DNA from: Eledone cirrhosa
Lineage: Eukaryota
Assembly (NCBI GenBank): GCA_964016885.1
Contig: OZ024743.1
Coordinates: 175,956,001-176,020,000 of the forward strand
Direction: 5' to 3'
DNA: 64,000 bases
Shown here piece after piece: positions 1-14,325 of this stretch. Within the stretch, counting starts at the first letter, position 1. Every line of letters starts with the position of its first letter. The position numbers and the translations under genes were made by a program. The notes under the pieces are model-generated. The model made no database searches. It was not told the DNA's origin and saw nothing but the letters and a program-made list of their open reading frames with translations.

Positions 1-3000
1 ACAGCATTAACATTAGACACAGTAGCAGTAACCACAGCAGTAGTAACAGCAACAGTAGCAGTAGTAACAACCCTGTAACAGTAGTAATATCAGCATTAAC
101 ATTAGACACAGTAGCAGTAACAACAGCAGTAGTAACAACAACAGTAGCAGTAGTAACAACCCTGTAACAGTAGTAATAACAGCATTAACGTTAGACACAG
201 TAGCAGTAACAACAGCAGTAGTAACAGCAACAGTAGCAGTAGTAACAACCCTGTAACAGTAGTAATAACAGCATTAACATTAGACACAGTAGCAGTAACA
301 ACAGCAGTAGTAACAGCAACAGTAGTAGTAGTAACAACCCTGTAACAGTAGTAATAACAGCATTAACATTAGACACAGTAGCAGTAACGACAGCAGTAGT
401 AACAACAACAGTAGTAGTAGTAACAACCCTGTAACCGTAGTAATAACAGCATTAACATTAGACACAGTAGCAGTAACAACAGCAGTAGTAACAACAACAG
501 TAGCAGTAGTAACAACCCTGTAACAGTAGTAATAACAGCATTAACATTAGACACACTAGCAGTAACAACAGCAGTAGTAACAGCAACAGTAGCAGTAGTA
601 ACAGCAGCAGTAACAGTAGTAATAACAGCATTAACATTAGACACAGTAGCAGTAACAACAGCAGTAGTAACAACAACAGTAGCAGTACCAACAACCCAGT
701 AACAGTAGTAATAACAGCATTAACATTAGACACAGTAGCAGTAACAACAGCAGTAGTAACAACAACAGTAGCAGTAGCAACAACCCTGTAACAGTAGTAA
801 TAACAGCATTAACATTAGACACAGTAGCAGTAACAACAGCAGTAGTAGTAGTAACAACCCTGTAACAGTAGTAATAACAGCATTAACATTAGACACAGTA
901 GCAGTAACAACAGCAGTAGTAACAACAACAGTAGCACTACCAACAACCCAGTAACAGTAGTAATAACAGCATTGACATTAGACACAGTAGCAGTAACAAC
1001 AGCAGTAGTAACAGCAACAGTAGTAGTAGTAACAACCCAGTAACAGTAGTAATAACAGCATTAACATTAGACACAGTAGCAGTAACAACAGCAGTAGTAA
1101 CAGCAACAGTAGTAGTAGTAACAACCCTGTAACTGTAGTAATAACAGCATTAACATTAGACACAGTAGCAGTAACAACAGCAGTAGTAACAGCAACAGTA
1201 GCAGTAGTAACAACCCAGTAACAGTAGTAATAACAGCATTAACATTAGAGACAGTAGCAGTAACAACAGCAGTAGTAACAGCAACAGTAGCAGTAGTAAC
1301 AACCCTGTAACAGTAGTAATAACAGCATTAACATTAGACACAGTAGCAGTAACACAGCAGTAGTAACAGCAACAGTAGCAGTAGTAACAAACCTGTAACA
1401 GTAGTAATAACAGCATTAACATTAGACACAGTAGCAGTAACAACAGCAGTAGTAACAACAACAGTAGCAGTAGTAACAACCCTGTAACAGTAGTAATAAC
1501 AGCATTAACGTTAGACACAGTAGCAGTAACAACAGCAGTAGTAACAGCAACAGTAGCAGTAGTAACAACCCTGTAACAGTAGTAATAACAGCATTAACAT
1601 TAGACACAGTAGCAGTAACAACAGCAGTAGTAACAGCAACAGTAGTAGTAGTAACAACCCTGTAACAGTAGTAATAACAGCATTAACATTAGACACAGTA
1701 GCAGTAACGACAGCAGTAGTAACAACAACAGTAGTAGTAGTAACAACCCTGTAACCGTAGTAATAACAGCATTAACATTAGACACAGTAGCAGTAACAAC
1801 AGCAGTAGTAACAACAACAGTAGCAGTAGTAACAACCCTGTAACAGTAGTAATAACAGCATTAACATTAGACACACTAGCAGTAACAACAGCAGTAGTAA
1901 CAGCAACAGTAGCAGTAGTAACAGCAGCAGTAACAGTAGTAATAACAGCATTAACATTAGACACAGTAGCAGTAACAACAGCAGTAGTAACAGCAACATT
2001 AGCAGTAGTAACAACCCAGTAACAGTAGTAATAACAGCATTAACATTAGACACAGTAGCAGTAACAACAGCAGTAGTAACAACAACAGTAGTAGTAGTAA
2101 CAACCCTGTAACAGTAGTAATAACAGCATTAACATTAGACACAGTAGCAGTAACAACAGCAGTAGTAACAACAACAGTAGCAGTAGTAACAACCCAATAA
2201 CAGTAGTAATAACAGCATTAAAATTAGACACAGTAGCAGTAACAACAGCAGTAGTAACAGCAACAGTAGCAGTAGTAACAACCCTGTAACAGTAGTAATA
2301 ACAGCATTAACATTAGACACAGTAGCAGTAACAACAGCACTAGTAACAGCAACAGTAGTAGTAGTAACAACCCTGTAACAGTAGTAATAACAGCATTAAC
2401 ATTAGACACAGTAGCAGTAACGACAGCAGTAGTAACAACAACAGTAGTAGTAGTAACAACCCTGTAACCGTAGTAATAACAGCATTAACATTAGACACAG
2501 TAGCAGTAACAACAGCAGTAGTAACAACAACAGTAGCAGTAGTAACAACCCTGTAACAGTAGTAATAACAGCATTAACATTAGACACACTAGCAGTAACA
2601 ACAGCAGTAGTAACAGCAACAGTAGCAGTAGTAACAGCAGCAGTAACAGTAGTAATAACAGCATTAACATTAGACACAGTAGCAGTAACAACAGCAGTAG
2701 TAACAACAACTGTAGCAGTACCAACAACCCAGTAACAGTAGTAATAACAGCATTAACATTAGACACAGTAGCAGTAACAACAGCAGTAGTAACAACAACA
2801 GTAGCAGTAGCAACAACCCTGTAACAGTAGTAATAACAGCATTAACATTAGACACAGTAGCAGTAACAACAGCAGTAGTAGTAGTAACAACCCTGTAACA
2901 GTAGTAATAACAGCATTAACATTAGACACAGTAGCAGTAACAACAGCAGTAGTAACAACAACAGTAGCACTACCAACAACCCAGTAACAGTAGTAATAAC

Positions 3001-6000
3001 AGCATTGACATTAGACACAGTAGCAGTAACAACAGCAGTAGTAACAGCAACAGTAGTAGTAGTAACAACCCAGTAACAGTAGTAATAACAGCATTAACAT
3101 TAGACACAGTAGCAGTAACAACAGCAGTAGTAACAGCAACAGTAGTAGTAGTAACAACCCTGTAACTGTAGTAATAACAGCATTAACATTAGACACAGTA
3201 GCAGTAACAACATCAGTAGTAACATTAACAGTAGCAGTAGTAACAACCCAGTAACAGTAGTAATAACAGCATTAACATTAGACACAGTAGCAGTAACAAC
3301 AGCAGTAGTAACAGCAACAGTAGCAGTAGTAACAACCCTGTAACAGTAGTAATAACAGCATTAACATTAGACACAGTAGCAGTAACAACAGCAGTAGTAA
3401 CAGCAACAGTAGCAGTAGTAACAACCCTGTAACAGTAGTAATAACAACATTAACATTAGACACAGTAGCAGTAACAACAGCAGTAGTAACAGCAACAGTA
3501 GCAGTAGTAACAACCCTGTAACAGTAGTAATAACAGCATTAACATTAGACACAGTAGCAGTAACAACAGCAGTAGTAACAGCAACAGTAGTAGTAGTAAC
3601 AACCCTGTAACAGTAGTAGTAGTACCAACCCTGTAACAGTAGTAATAACAGCATTAACATTAGACACAGTAGCAGTAACAACAGCAGTAGTAACAACAAC
3701 AGTAGCAGTAGTAACAACCCAGTAACTGTAGTAATAACAGCATTAACATTAGAAACAGTAGCAGTAACAACAGCAGTAGTAACAGCAACAGTAGCAGTAG
3801 TAACAACCCTGTAACAGTAGTAATAACAGCATTAACATTAGACACAGTAGCAGTAACCACAGCAGTAGTAACAGCAACAGTAGCAGTAGTAACAACCCTG
3901 TAACAGTAGTAATATCAGCATTAACATTAGACACAGTAGCAGTAACAACAGCAGTAGTAACAACAACAGTAGCAGTAGTAACAACCCTGTAACAGTAGTA
4001 ATAACAGCATTAACGTTAGACACAGTAGCAGTAACAACAGCAGTAGTAACAGCAACAGTAGCAGTAGTAACAACCCTGTAACAGTAGTAATAACAGCATT
4101 AACATTAGACACAGTAGCAGTAACAACAGCAGTAGTAACAGCAACAGTAGTAGTAGTAACAACCCTGTAACAGTAGTAATAACAGCATTAACATTAGACA
4201 CAGTAGCAGTAACGACAGCAGTAGTAACAACAACAGTAGTAGTAGTAACAACCCTGTAACCGTAGTAATAACAGCATTAACATTAGACACAGTAGCAGTA
4301 ACAACAGCAGTAGTAACAACAACAGTAGCAGTAGTAACAACCCTGTAACAGTAGTAATAACAGCATTAACATTAGACACACTAGCAGTAACAACAGCAGT
4401 AGTAACAGCAACAGTAGCAGTAGTAACAGCAGCAGTAACAGTAGTAATAACAGCATTAACATTAGACACAGTAGCAGTAACAACAGCAGTAGTAACAACA
4501 ACAGTAGCAGTACCAACAACCCAGTAACAGTAGTAATAACAGCATTAACATTAGACACAGTAGCAGTAACAACAGCAGTAGTAACAACAACAGTAGCAGT
4601 AGCAACAACCCTGTAACAGTAGTAATAACAGCATTAACATTAGACACAGTAGCAGTAACAACAGCAGTAGTAGTAGTAACAACCCTGTAACAGTAGTAAT
4701 AACAGCATTAACATTAGACACAGTAGCAGTAACAACAGCAGTAGTAACAACAACAGTAGCACTACCAACAACCCAGTAACAGTAGTAATAACAGCATTGA
4801 CATTAGACACAGTAGCAGTAACAACAGCAGTAGTAACAGCAACAGTAGTAGTAGTAACAACCCAGTAACAGTAGTAATAACAGCATTAACATTAGACACA
4901 GTAGCAGTAACAACAGCAGTAGTAACAGCAACAGTAGTAGTAGTAACAACCCTGTAACTGTAGTAATAACAGCATTAACATTAGACACAGTAGCAGTAAC
5001 AACAGCAGTAGTAACAGCAACAGTAGCAGTAGTAACAACCCAGTAACAGTAGTAATAACAGCATTAACATTAGAGACAGTAGCAGTAACAACAGCAGTAG
5101 TAACAGCAACAGTAGCAGTAGTAACAACCCTGTAACAGTAGTAATAACAGCATTAACATTAGACACAGTAGCAGTAACACAGCAGTAGTAACAGCAACAG
5201 TAGCAGTAGTAACAAACCTGTAACAGTAGTAATAACAGCATTAACATTAGACACAGTAGCAGTAACAACAGCAGTAGTAACAACAACAGTAGCAGTAGTA
5301 ACAACCCTGTAACAGTAGTAATAACAGCATTAACGTTAGACACAGTAGCAGTAACAACAGCAGTAGTAACAGCAACAGTAGCAGTAGTAACAACCCTGTA
5401 ACAGTAGTAATAACAGCATTAACATTAGACACAGTAGCAGTAACAACAGCAGTAGTAACAGCAACAGTAGTAGTAGTAACAACCCTGTAACAGTAGTAAT
5501 AACAGCATTAACATTAGACACAGTAGCAGTAACGACAGCAGTAGTAACAACAACAGTAGTAGTAGTAACAACCCTGTAACCGTAGTAATAACAGCATTAA
5601 CATTAGACACAGTAGCAGTAACAACAGCAGTAGTAACAACAACAGTAGCAGTAGTAACAACCCTGTAACAGTAGTAATAACAGCATTAACATTAGACACA
5701 CTAGCAGTAACAACAGCAGTAGTAACAGCAACAGTAGCAGTAGTAACAGCAGCAGTAACAGTAGTAATAACAGCATTAACATTAGACACAGTAGCAGTAA
5801 CAACAGCAGTAGTAACAGCAACATTAGCAGTAGTAACAACCCAGTAACAGTAGTAATAACAGCATTAACATTAGACACAGTAGCAGTAACAACAGCAGTA
5901 GTAACAACAACAGTAGTAGTAGTAACAACCCTGTAACAGTAGTAATAACAGCATTAACATTAGACACAGTAGCAGTAACAACAGCAGTAGTAACAACAAC

Positions 6001-9000
6001 AGTAGCAGTAGTAACAACCCAATAACAGTAGTAATAACAGCATTAAAATTAGACACAGTAGCAGTAACAACAGCAGTAGTAACAGCAACAGTAGCAGTAG
6101 TAACAACCCTGTAACAGTAGTAATAACAGCATTAACATTAGACACAGTAGCAGTAACAACAGCACTAGTAACAGCAACAGTAGTAGTAGTAACAACCCAA
6201 TAACAGTAGTAATAACAGCATTAACTTTAGACACAGTAGCAGTAACAACAGCAGTAGTAACAGCAACAGTAGTAGTAGTAACAACCCAATAACAGTAGTA
6301 ATAACAGCATTAACATTAGACACAGTAGCAGTAACAACAGCAGTAGTAACAGCAACAGTAGTAGTAGTAACAACCCTGTAACAGTAGTAATAACAGCATT
6401 AACATTAGACACAGTAGCAGTAACGACAGCAGTAGTAACAACAACAGTAGTAGTAGTAACAACCCTGTAACCGTAGTAATAACAGCATTAACATTAGACA
6501 CAGTAGCAGTAACAACAGCAGTAGTAACAACAACAGTAGCAGTAGTAACAACCCTGTAACAGTAGTAATAACAGCATTAACATTAGACACACTAGCAGTA
6601 ACAACAGCAGTAGTAACAGCAACAGTAGCAGTAGTAACATCAGCAGTAACAGTAGTAATAACAGCATTAACATTAGACACAGTAGCAGTAACAACAGCAG
6701 TAGTAACAGCAACATTAGCAGTAGTAACAACCCAGTAACAGTAGTAATAACAGCATTAACATTAGACACAGTAGCAGTAACAACAGCAGTAGTAACAGCA
6801 ACAGTAGTAGTAGTAACAACCCAATAACAGTAGTAATAACAGCATTAACATTAGACACAGTAGCAGTAACAACAGCAGTAGTAACAGCAACAGTAGTAGT
6901 AGTAACAACCCAATAACAGTAGTAATAACAGCATTAACATTAGACACAGTAGCAGTAACAACAGCAGTAGTAACAGCAACAGTAGTAGTAGTAACAACCC
7001 AGTAACAGTAGTAATAACAGCATTAACATTAGACACAGTAGCAGTAACAACAGCAGTAGTAACAGCAACAGTAGTAGTAGTAACAACCCAATAACAGTAG
7101 TAATAACAGCATTAACATTAGACACAGTAGCAGTAACAACAGCAGTAGTAACAGCAACAATAGTGGTAGTAACAACCCTGTAACAGTAGTAATAACAGCA
7201 TTAACATTAGACACAGTAGCAGTAACAACAGCAGTAGTAACAGCAACAGTAGTAGTAGTAACAATCCTGTAACAGTAGTAATAACAGCATTAACATTAGA
7301 CACAGTAGCAGTAACAACAGCAGTAGTAACAGCAACAGTAGCAGTAGTAACAACCCAATAACAGTAGTAATAACAGCATTAACATTAGACACAGTAGCAG
7401 TAACAACAGCAGTAGTAACAGCAACAGTAGTAGTAGTAACAACAGCAGTAACAGTAGTAATAACAGCATTAACATTAGACACAGTAGCAGTAACAACAGC
7501 ACTAGTCACAGCAACAGTAGTAGTAGTAACAACCCTGTAACAGTAGTAATAACAGCATTAACATTAGACACAGTAGCAGTAACAACAGCAGTAGTAACAG
7601 CAACAGTAGCAGTAGTAACAACAGCAGTAAGAGTAGTAATAACAGCATTAACATTAGACACAGTAGCAGTAACAACAGCAGTAGTAACAACAACAGTAGT
7701 AATAGTAACAACCCAGTAACAGTAGTAATAACAGCATTAACATTAGACACAGTAGCAGTAACAACAGCAGTAGTAACAACAACAGTAGCAGTAGTAACAA
7801 CAGCAGTAACAGTAGTAATAACAGCATTAAAATTAGACACAGTAGCAGTAACAACAGCAGTAGTAACAGCAACAGTAGTAGTAGTAACAACCCTGTAACA
7901 GTAGTAATAACAGCATTAACATAAGACACAGTAGCAGTAACAACAGCAGTAGTAACAGCAACAGTAGCAGTACCAACAACCCAGTAACAGTAGCAATAAC
8001 AGCATTAACATTAGACACAGTAGCAGTAACAACAGCTGTAGTAACAGCAACAGTAGTAGTAGTAACAACCCTGTAACAGTAGTAATAACAGCATTAACAT
8101 TAGACACAGTAGCAGTAACAACAGCAGTAGTAACAACAACAGTAGTAGTAGTAACAACCCTGTAACAGTAGTAATAACAGCATTAACATTAGAGACATTA
8201 GCAGTAACAACAGCAGTAGTAACAACAACAGTAGCAGTAGTAACAACCCAGTAACAGTAGTAATAACAGCATTAACATTAGACACAGTAGCAGTAACAAC
8301 AGCAGTAGTAACAGCAACAGTAGCAGTAGTAACAACCCTGTAACAGTAGTAATAACAGCATTAACATTAGACACAGTAGCAGTAACAACAGCAGTAGTAA
8401 CAGCAACAGTAGCAGTAGTAACAACCCTGTAACAGTAGTAATAACAGCATTAATATTAGACACAGTAGCAGTAACAACAGCAGTAGTAACAGCAACAGTA
8501 GCAGTAGTAACAACCCTGTAACAGTAGTAATAACAGCATTAACATTAGACACAGTAGCAGTAACAACAGCAGTAGTAACAGCAACAGTAGTAGTAGTAAC
8601 AACCCTGTAACAGTAGTAGTAGTAACAACCCTGTAACAGTAGTAGTAGTAACAACCCTGTAACAGTAGTAATAACAGCATTAACATTAGACACAGTAGCA
8701 GTAACAACAGCAGTAGTAACAACAACAGTAGCAGTAGTAACAACCCAGTAACAGTAGTAATAACAGCATTAACATTAGAGACAGTAGCAGTAACAACAGC
8801 AGTAGTAACAGCAACAGTAGCAGTAGTAACAACCCTGTAACAGTAGTAATAACAGCATTAACATTAGACACAGTAGCAGTAACACAGCAGTAGTAACAGC
8901 AACAGTAGCAGTAGTAACAAACCTGTAACAGTAGTAATAACAGCATTAACATTAGACACAGTAGCAGTAACAACAGCAGTAGTAACAACAACAGTAGCAG

Positions 9001-12000
9001 TAGTAACAACCCTGTAACAGTAGTAATAACAGCATTAACGTTAGACACAGTAGCAGTAACAACAGCAGTAGTAACAACCCTGTAACAGTAGTAATAACAA
9101 CATTAACATTAGACACAGTAGCAGTAACAACAGCAGTAGTAACAGCAACAGTAGTAGTAGTAACAACCCTGTAACAGTAGTAATAACAGCATTAACATTA
9201 GACACAGTAGCAGTAACGACAGCAGTAGTAACAACAACAGTAGTAGTAGTAACAACCCTGTAACCGTAGTAATAACAGCATTAACATTAGACACAGTAGC
9301 AGTAACAACAGCAGTAGTAACAGCAACAGTAGCAGTAGTAACAGCAGCAGTAACAGTAGTAATAACAGCATTAACATTAGACACAGTAGCAGTAACAACA
9401 GCAGTAGTAACAACAACAGTAGCAGTACCAACAACCCAGTAACAGTAGTAATAACAGCATTAACATTAGACACAGTAGCAGTAACAACAGCAGTAGTAAC
9501 AACAACAGTAGCAGTAGCAACAACCCTGTAACAGTAGTAATAACAGCATTAACATTAGACACAGTAGCAGTAACAACAGCAGTAGTAGTAGTAACAACCC
9601 TGTAACAGTAGTAATAACAGCATTAACATTAGACACAGTAGCAGTAACAACAGCAGTAGTAACAACAACAGTAGCACTACCAACAACCCAGTAACAGTAG
9701 TAATAACAGCATTGACATTAGACACAGTAGCAGTAACAACAGCAGTAGTAACAGCAACAGTAGTAGTAGTAACAACCCAGTAACAGTAGTAATAACAGCA
9801 TTAACATTAGACACAGTAGCAGTAACAACAGCAGTAGTAACAGCAACAGTAGTAGTAGTAACAACCCTGTAACTCTAGTAATAACAGCATTAACATTAGA
9901 CACACTAGCAGTAACAACAGCAGTAGTAACAGCAACAGTAGCAGTAGTAACAACCCAGTAACAGTAGTAATAACAGCATTAACATTAGACACAGTAGCAG
10001 TAACAACAGCAGTAGTAACAGCAACAGTAGCAGTAGTAACAACCCTGTAACAGTAGTAATAACAGCATTAACATTAGACACAGTAGCAGTAACAACAGCA
10101 GTAGTAACAGCAACAGTAGCAGTAGTAACAACCCTGTAACAGTAGTAATAACAACATTAACATTAGACACAGTAGCAGTAACAACAGCAGTAGTAACAGC
10201 AACAGTAGCAGTAGTAACAACCCTGTAACAGTAGTAATAACAGCATTAACATTAGACACAGTAGCAGTAACAACAGCAGTAGTAACAGCAACAGTAGTAG
10301 TAGTAACAACCCTGTAACAGTAGTAGTAGTACCAACCCTGTAACAGTAGTAATAACAGCATTAACATTAGACACAGTAGCAGTAACAACAGCAGTAGTAA
10401 CAACAACAGTAGCAGTAGTAACAACCCAGTAACTGTAGTAATAACAGCATTAACATTAGAAACAGTAGCAGTAACAACAGCAGTAGTAACAGCAACAGTA
10501 GCAGTAGTAACAACCCTGTAACAGTAGTAATAACAGCATTAACATTAGACACAGTAGCAGTAACCACAGCAGTAGTAACAGCAACAGTAGCAGTAGTAAC
10601 AACCCTGTAACAGTAGTAATATCAGCATTAACATTAGACACAGTAGCAGTAACAACAGCAGTAGTAACAACAACAGTAGCAGTAGTAACAACCCTGTAAC
10701 AGTAGTAATAACAGCATTAACGTTAGACACAGTAGCAGTAACAACAGCAGTAGTAACAGCAACAGTAGCAGTAGTAACAACCCTGTAACAGTAGTAATAA
10801 CAGCATTAACATTAGACACAGTAGCAGTAACAACAGCAGTAGTAACAGCAACAGTAGTAGTAGTAACAACCCTGTAACAGTAGTAATAACAGCATTAACA
10901 TTAGACACAGTAGCAGTAACGACAGCAGTAGTAACAACAACAGTAGTAGTAGTAACAACCCTGTAACCGTAGTAATAACAGCATTAACATTAGACACAGT
11001 AGCAGTAACAACAGCAGTAGTAACAACAACAGTAGCAGTAGTAACAACCCTGTAACAGTAGTAATAACAGCATTAACATTAGACACACTAGCAGTAACAA
11101 CAGCAGTAGTAACAGCAACAGTAGCAGTAGTAACAGCAGCAGTAACAGTAGTAATAACAGCATTAACATTAGACACAGTAGCAGTAACAACAGCAGTAGT
11201 AACAACAACAGTAGCAGTACCAACAACCCAGTAACAGTAGTAATAACAGCATTAACATTAGACACAGTAGCAGTAACAACAGCAGTAGTAACAACAACAG
11301 TAGCAGTAGCAACAACCCTGTAACAGTAGTAATAACAGCATTAACATTAGACACAGTAGCAGTAACAACAGCAGTAGTAGTAGTAACAACCCTGTAACAG
11401 TAGTAATAACAGCATTAACATTAGACACAGTAGCAGTAACAACAGCAGTAGTAACAACAACAGTAGCACTACCAACAACCCAGTAACAGTAGTAATAACA
11501 GCATTGACATTAGACACAGTAGCAGTAACAACAGCAGTAGTAACAGCAACAGTAGTAGTAGTAACAACCCAGTAACAGTAGTAATAACAGCATTAACATT
11601 AGACACAGTAGCAGTAACAACAGCAGTAGTAACAGCAACAGTAGTAGTAGTAACAACCCTGTAACTGTAGTAATAACAGCATTAACATTAGACACAGTAG
11701 CAGTAACAACAGCAGTAGTAACAGCAACAGTAGCAGTAGTAACAACCCAGTAACAGTAGTAATAACAGCATTAACATTAGACACAGTAGCAGTAACAACA
11801 GCAGTAGTAACAGCAACAGTAGCAGTAGTAACAACCCTGTAACAGTAGTAATAACAGCATTAACATTAGACACAGTAGCAGTAACAACAGCAGTAGTAAC
11901 AGCAACAGTAGCAGTAGTAACAACCCTGTAACAGTAGTAATAACAACATTAACATTAGACACAGTAGCAGTAACAACAGCAGTAGTAACAGCAACAGTAG

Positions 12001-13570
12001 CAGGAGTAACAACCCTGTAACAGTAGTAATAACAGCATTAACATTAGACACAGTAGCAGTAACAACAGCAGTAGTAACAGCAACAGTAGTAGTAGTAACA
12101 ACCCTGTAACAGTAGTAGTAGTACCAACCCTGTAACAGTAGTAATAACAGCATTAACATTAGACACAGTAGCAGTAACAACAGCAGTAGTAACAACAACA
12201 GTAGCAGTAGTAACAACCCAGTAACTGTAGTAATAAGAGCATTAACATTAGAGACAGTAGCAGTAACAACAGCAGTAGTAACAGCAACAGTAGCAGTAGT
12301 AACAACCCTGTAACAGTAGTAATAACAGCATTAACATTAGACACAGTAGCAGTAACCACAGCAGTAGTAACAGCAACAGTAGCAGTAGTAACAACCCTGT
12401 AACAGTAGTAATATCAGCATTAACATTAGACACAGTAGCAGTAACAACAGCAGTAGTAACAACAACAGTAGCAGTAGTAACAACCCTGTAACAGTAGTAA
12501 TAAGAGCATTAACGTTAGACACAGTAGCAGTAACAATAGCAGTAGTAACAGCAACAGTAGCAGTAGTAACAACCCTGTAACAGTAGTAATAACAGCATTA
12601 ACATTAGACACAGTAGCAGTAACAACAGCAGTAGTAACAGCAACAGTAGTAGTAGTAACAACCCTGTAACAGTAGTAATAACAGCATTAACATTAGACAC
12701 AGTAGCAGTAACAACAGCAGTAGTAACAACAACAGTAGTAGTAGTAACAACCCTGTAACAGTAGTAATAACAGCATTAACATTAGACACAGTAGCAGTAA
12801 CAACAGCAGTAGTAACAACAACAGTAGCAGTAGTAACAACCCTGTAACAGTAGTAATAACAGCATTAACATTAGACACAGTAGCAGTAACAACAGCAGTA
12901 GTAACAGCAACAGTAGCAGTACCAACAAGAGCAGTAACAGTAGTAATAACAGCATTAACATTAGACACAGTAGCAGTAACAACAGCAGTAGTAACAACAA
13001 CAGTAGCAGTAGTAACAACCCTGTAACAGTAGTAATAACAGCATTAACATTAGACACAGTAGCAGTAACAACAGCAGTAGTAACAGCAACAGTAGCAGTA
13101 GTAACAGCAGCAGTAACAGTAGTAATAACAGCATTAACATTAGACACAGTAGCAGTAACAACAGCAGTAGTAACAACAACAGTAGCAGTAGCAACAACCC
13201 TGTAACAGTAGTAATAACAGCATTAACATTAGACACAGTAGCAGTAACAACAGCAGTAGTAGTAGTAACAACCCTGTAACAGTAGTAATAACAGCATTAA
13301 CATTAGACACAGTAGCAGTAACAACAGCAGTAGTAACAACAACAGTAGCAGTACCAACAACCCAGTAACAGTAGTAATAACAGCATTGACATTAGACACA
13401 GTAGCAGTAACAACAGCAGTAGTAACAGCAACAGTAGTAGTAGTAACAACCCAGTAACAGTAGTAATAACAGCATTAACATTAGACACAGTAGCAGTAAA
13501 AACAGCAGTAGTAACAGCAACAGTAGTAGTAGTAACAACCCTGTAACTGTAGTAATAACAGCATTAACAT
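1..13570 (+). repeat. HOR domain 1: 20-mer (1792 bp), 23-mer (2033 bp), 15-mer (1320 bp) and composite 43-mer (3825 bp) periods
   Basis: Diagnostic monomers recur at fixed offsets: 13/3838/10545/12337, 369/1689/2402/4194, 3545/10252/12044 (115-bp monomer) and 815/2848/4640 (74-bp monomer). 1792 = 20x89 -15 +1 +26. 2033 = 23x89 -15 -1 +1 +1. 3825 = 1792 + 2033. Confidence 0.9.
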
Positions 13571-14325
13571 TAGACACAGTAGCAGTAACAACAGCAGTAG
13601 TAACAGCAACAGTAGCAGTACCAACAACCCAGTAACAGTAGTAATAACAGCATTAACATTAGACACAGTAGCAGTAACAACAACAGTAGTAGTAGTAACA
13701 ACCCTGTAACAGTAGTAATAACAGCATTAACATTAGACACAGTAGCAGTATCAACAGCAGTAGTAACAGCAACAGTAGTAGTAGTAACAACCCAGTAACA
13801 GTAGTAATAACAGCATTAACATTAGACACAGTAGCAGTAACAACAACAGTAGTAGTAGTAACAACCCTGTAACAGTAGTAATAACAGCATTGACATTAGA
13901 CACAGTAGCAGTAACAACAGCAGTAGTAACAGCAACAGTAGTAGTAGTAACAACCCTGTAACTGTAGTAATAACAGCATTAACATTAGACACAGTAGCAG
14001 TAACAACAGCCGTAGTAACAGCAACAGTAGCAGTACCAACAACCCAGTAACAGTAGTAATAACAGCATTAACATTAGACACAGTAGCAGTAACAACAACA
14101 GTAGTAGTAGTAACAACCCAGTAACAGTAGTAATAACAGCATTAACATTAGACACAGTAGCAGTATCAACAGCAGTAGTAACAGCAACAGTAGTAGTAGT
14201 AACAACCCAGTAACAGTAGTAATAACAGCATTAACATTAGACACAGTAGCAGTATCAACAGCAGTAGTAACAGCAACAGTAGTAGTAGTAACAACCCTGT
14301 AACAGTAGTAATAACAGCATTAACA

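Noticed and set aside
186-193. Short palindromes and motif hits (TAACGTTA, AATATT, MYB-like TAACAG, splice-like GTAA/CAG)
   Set aside because: These are single-SNP variants or inevitable products of the low-complexity lattice. They serve only as HOR markers.
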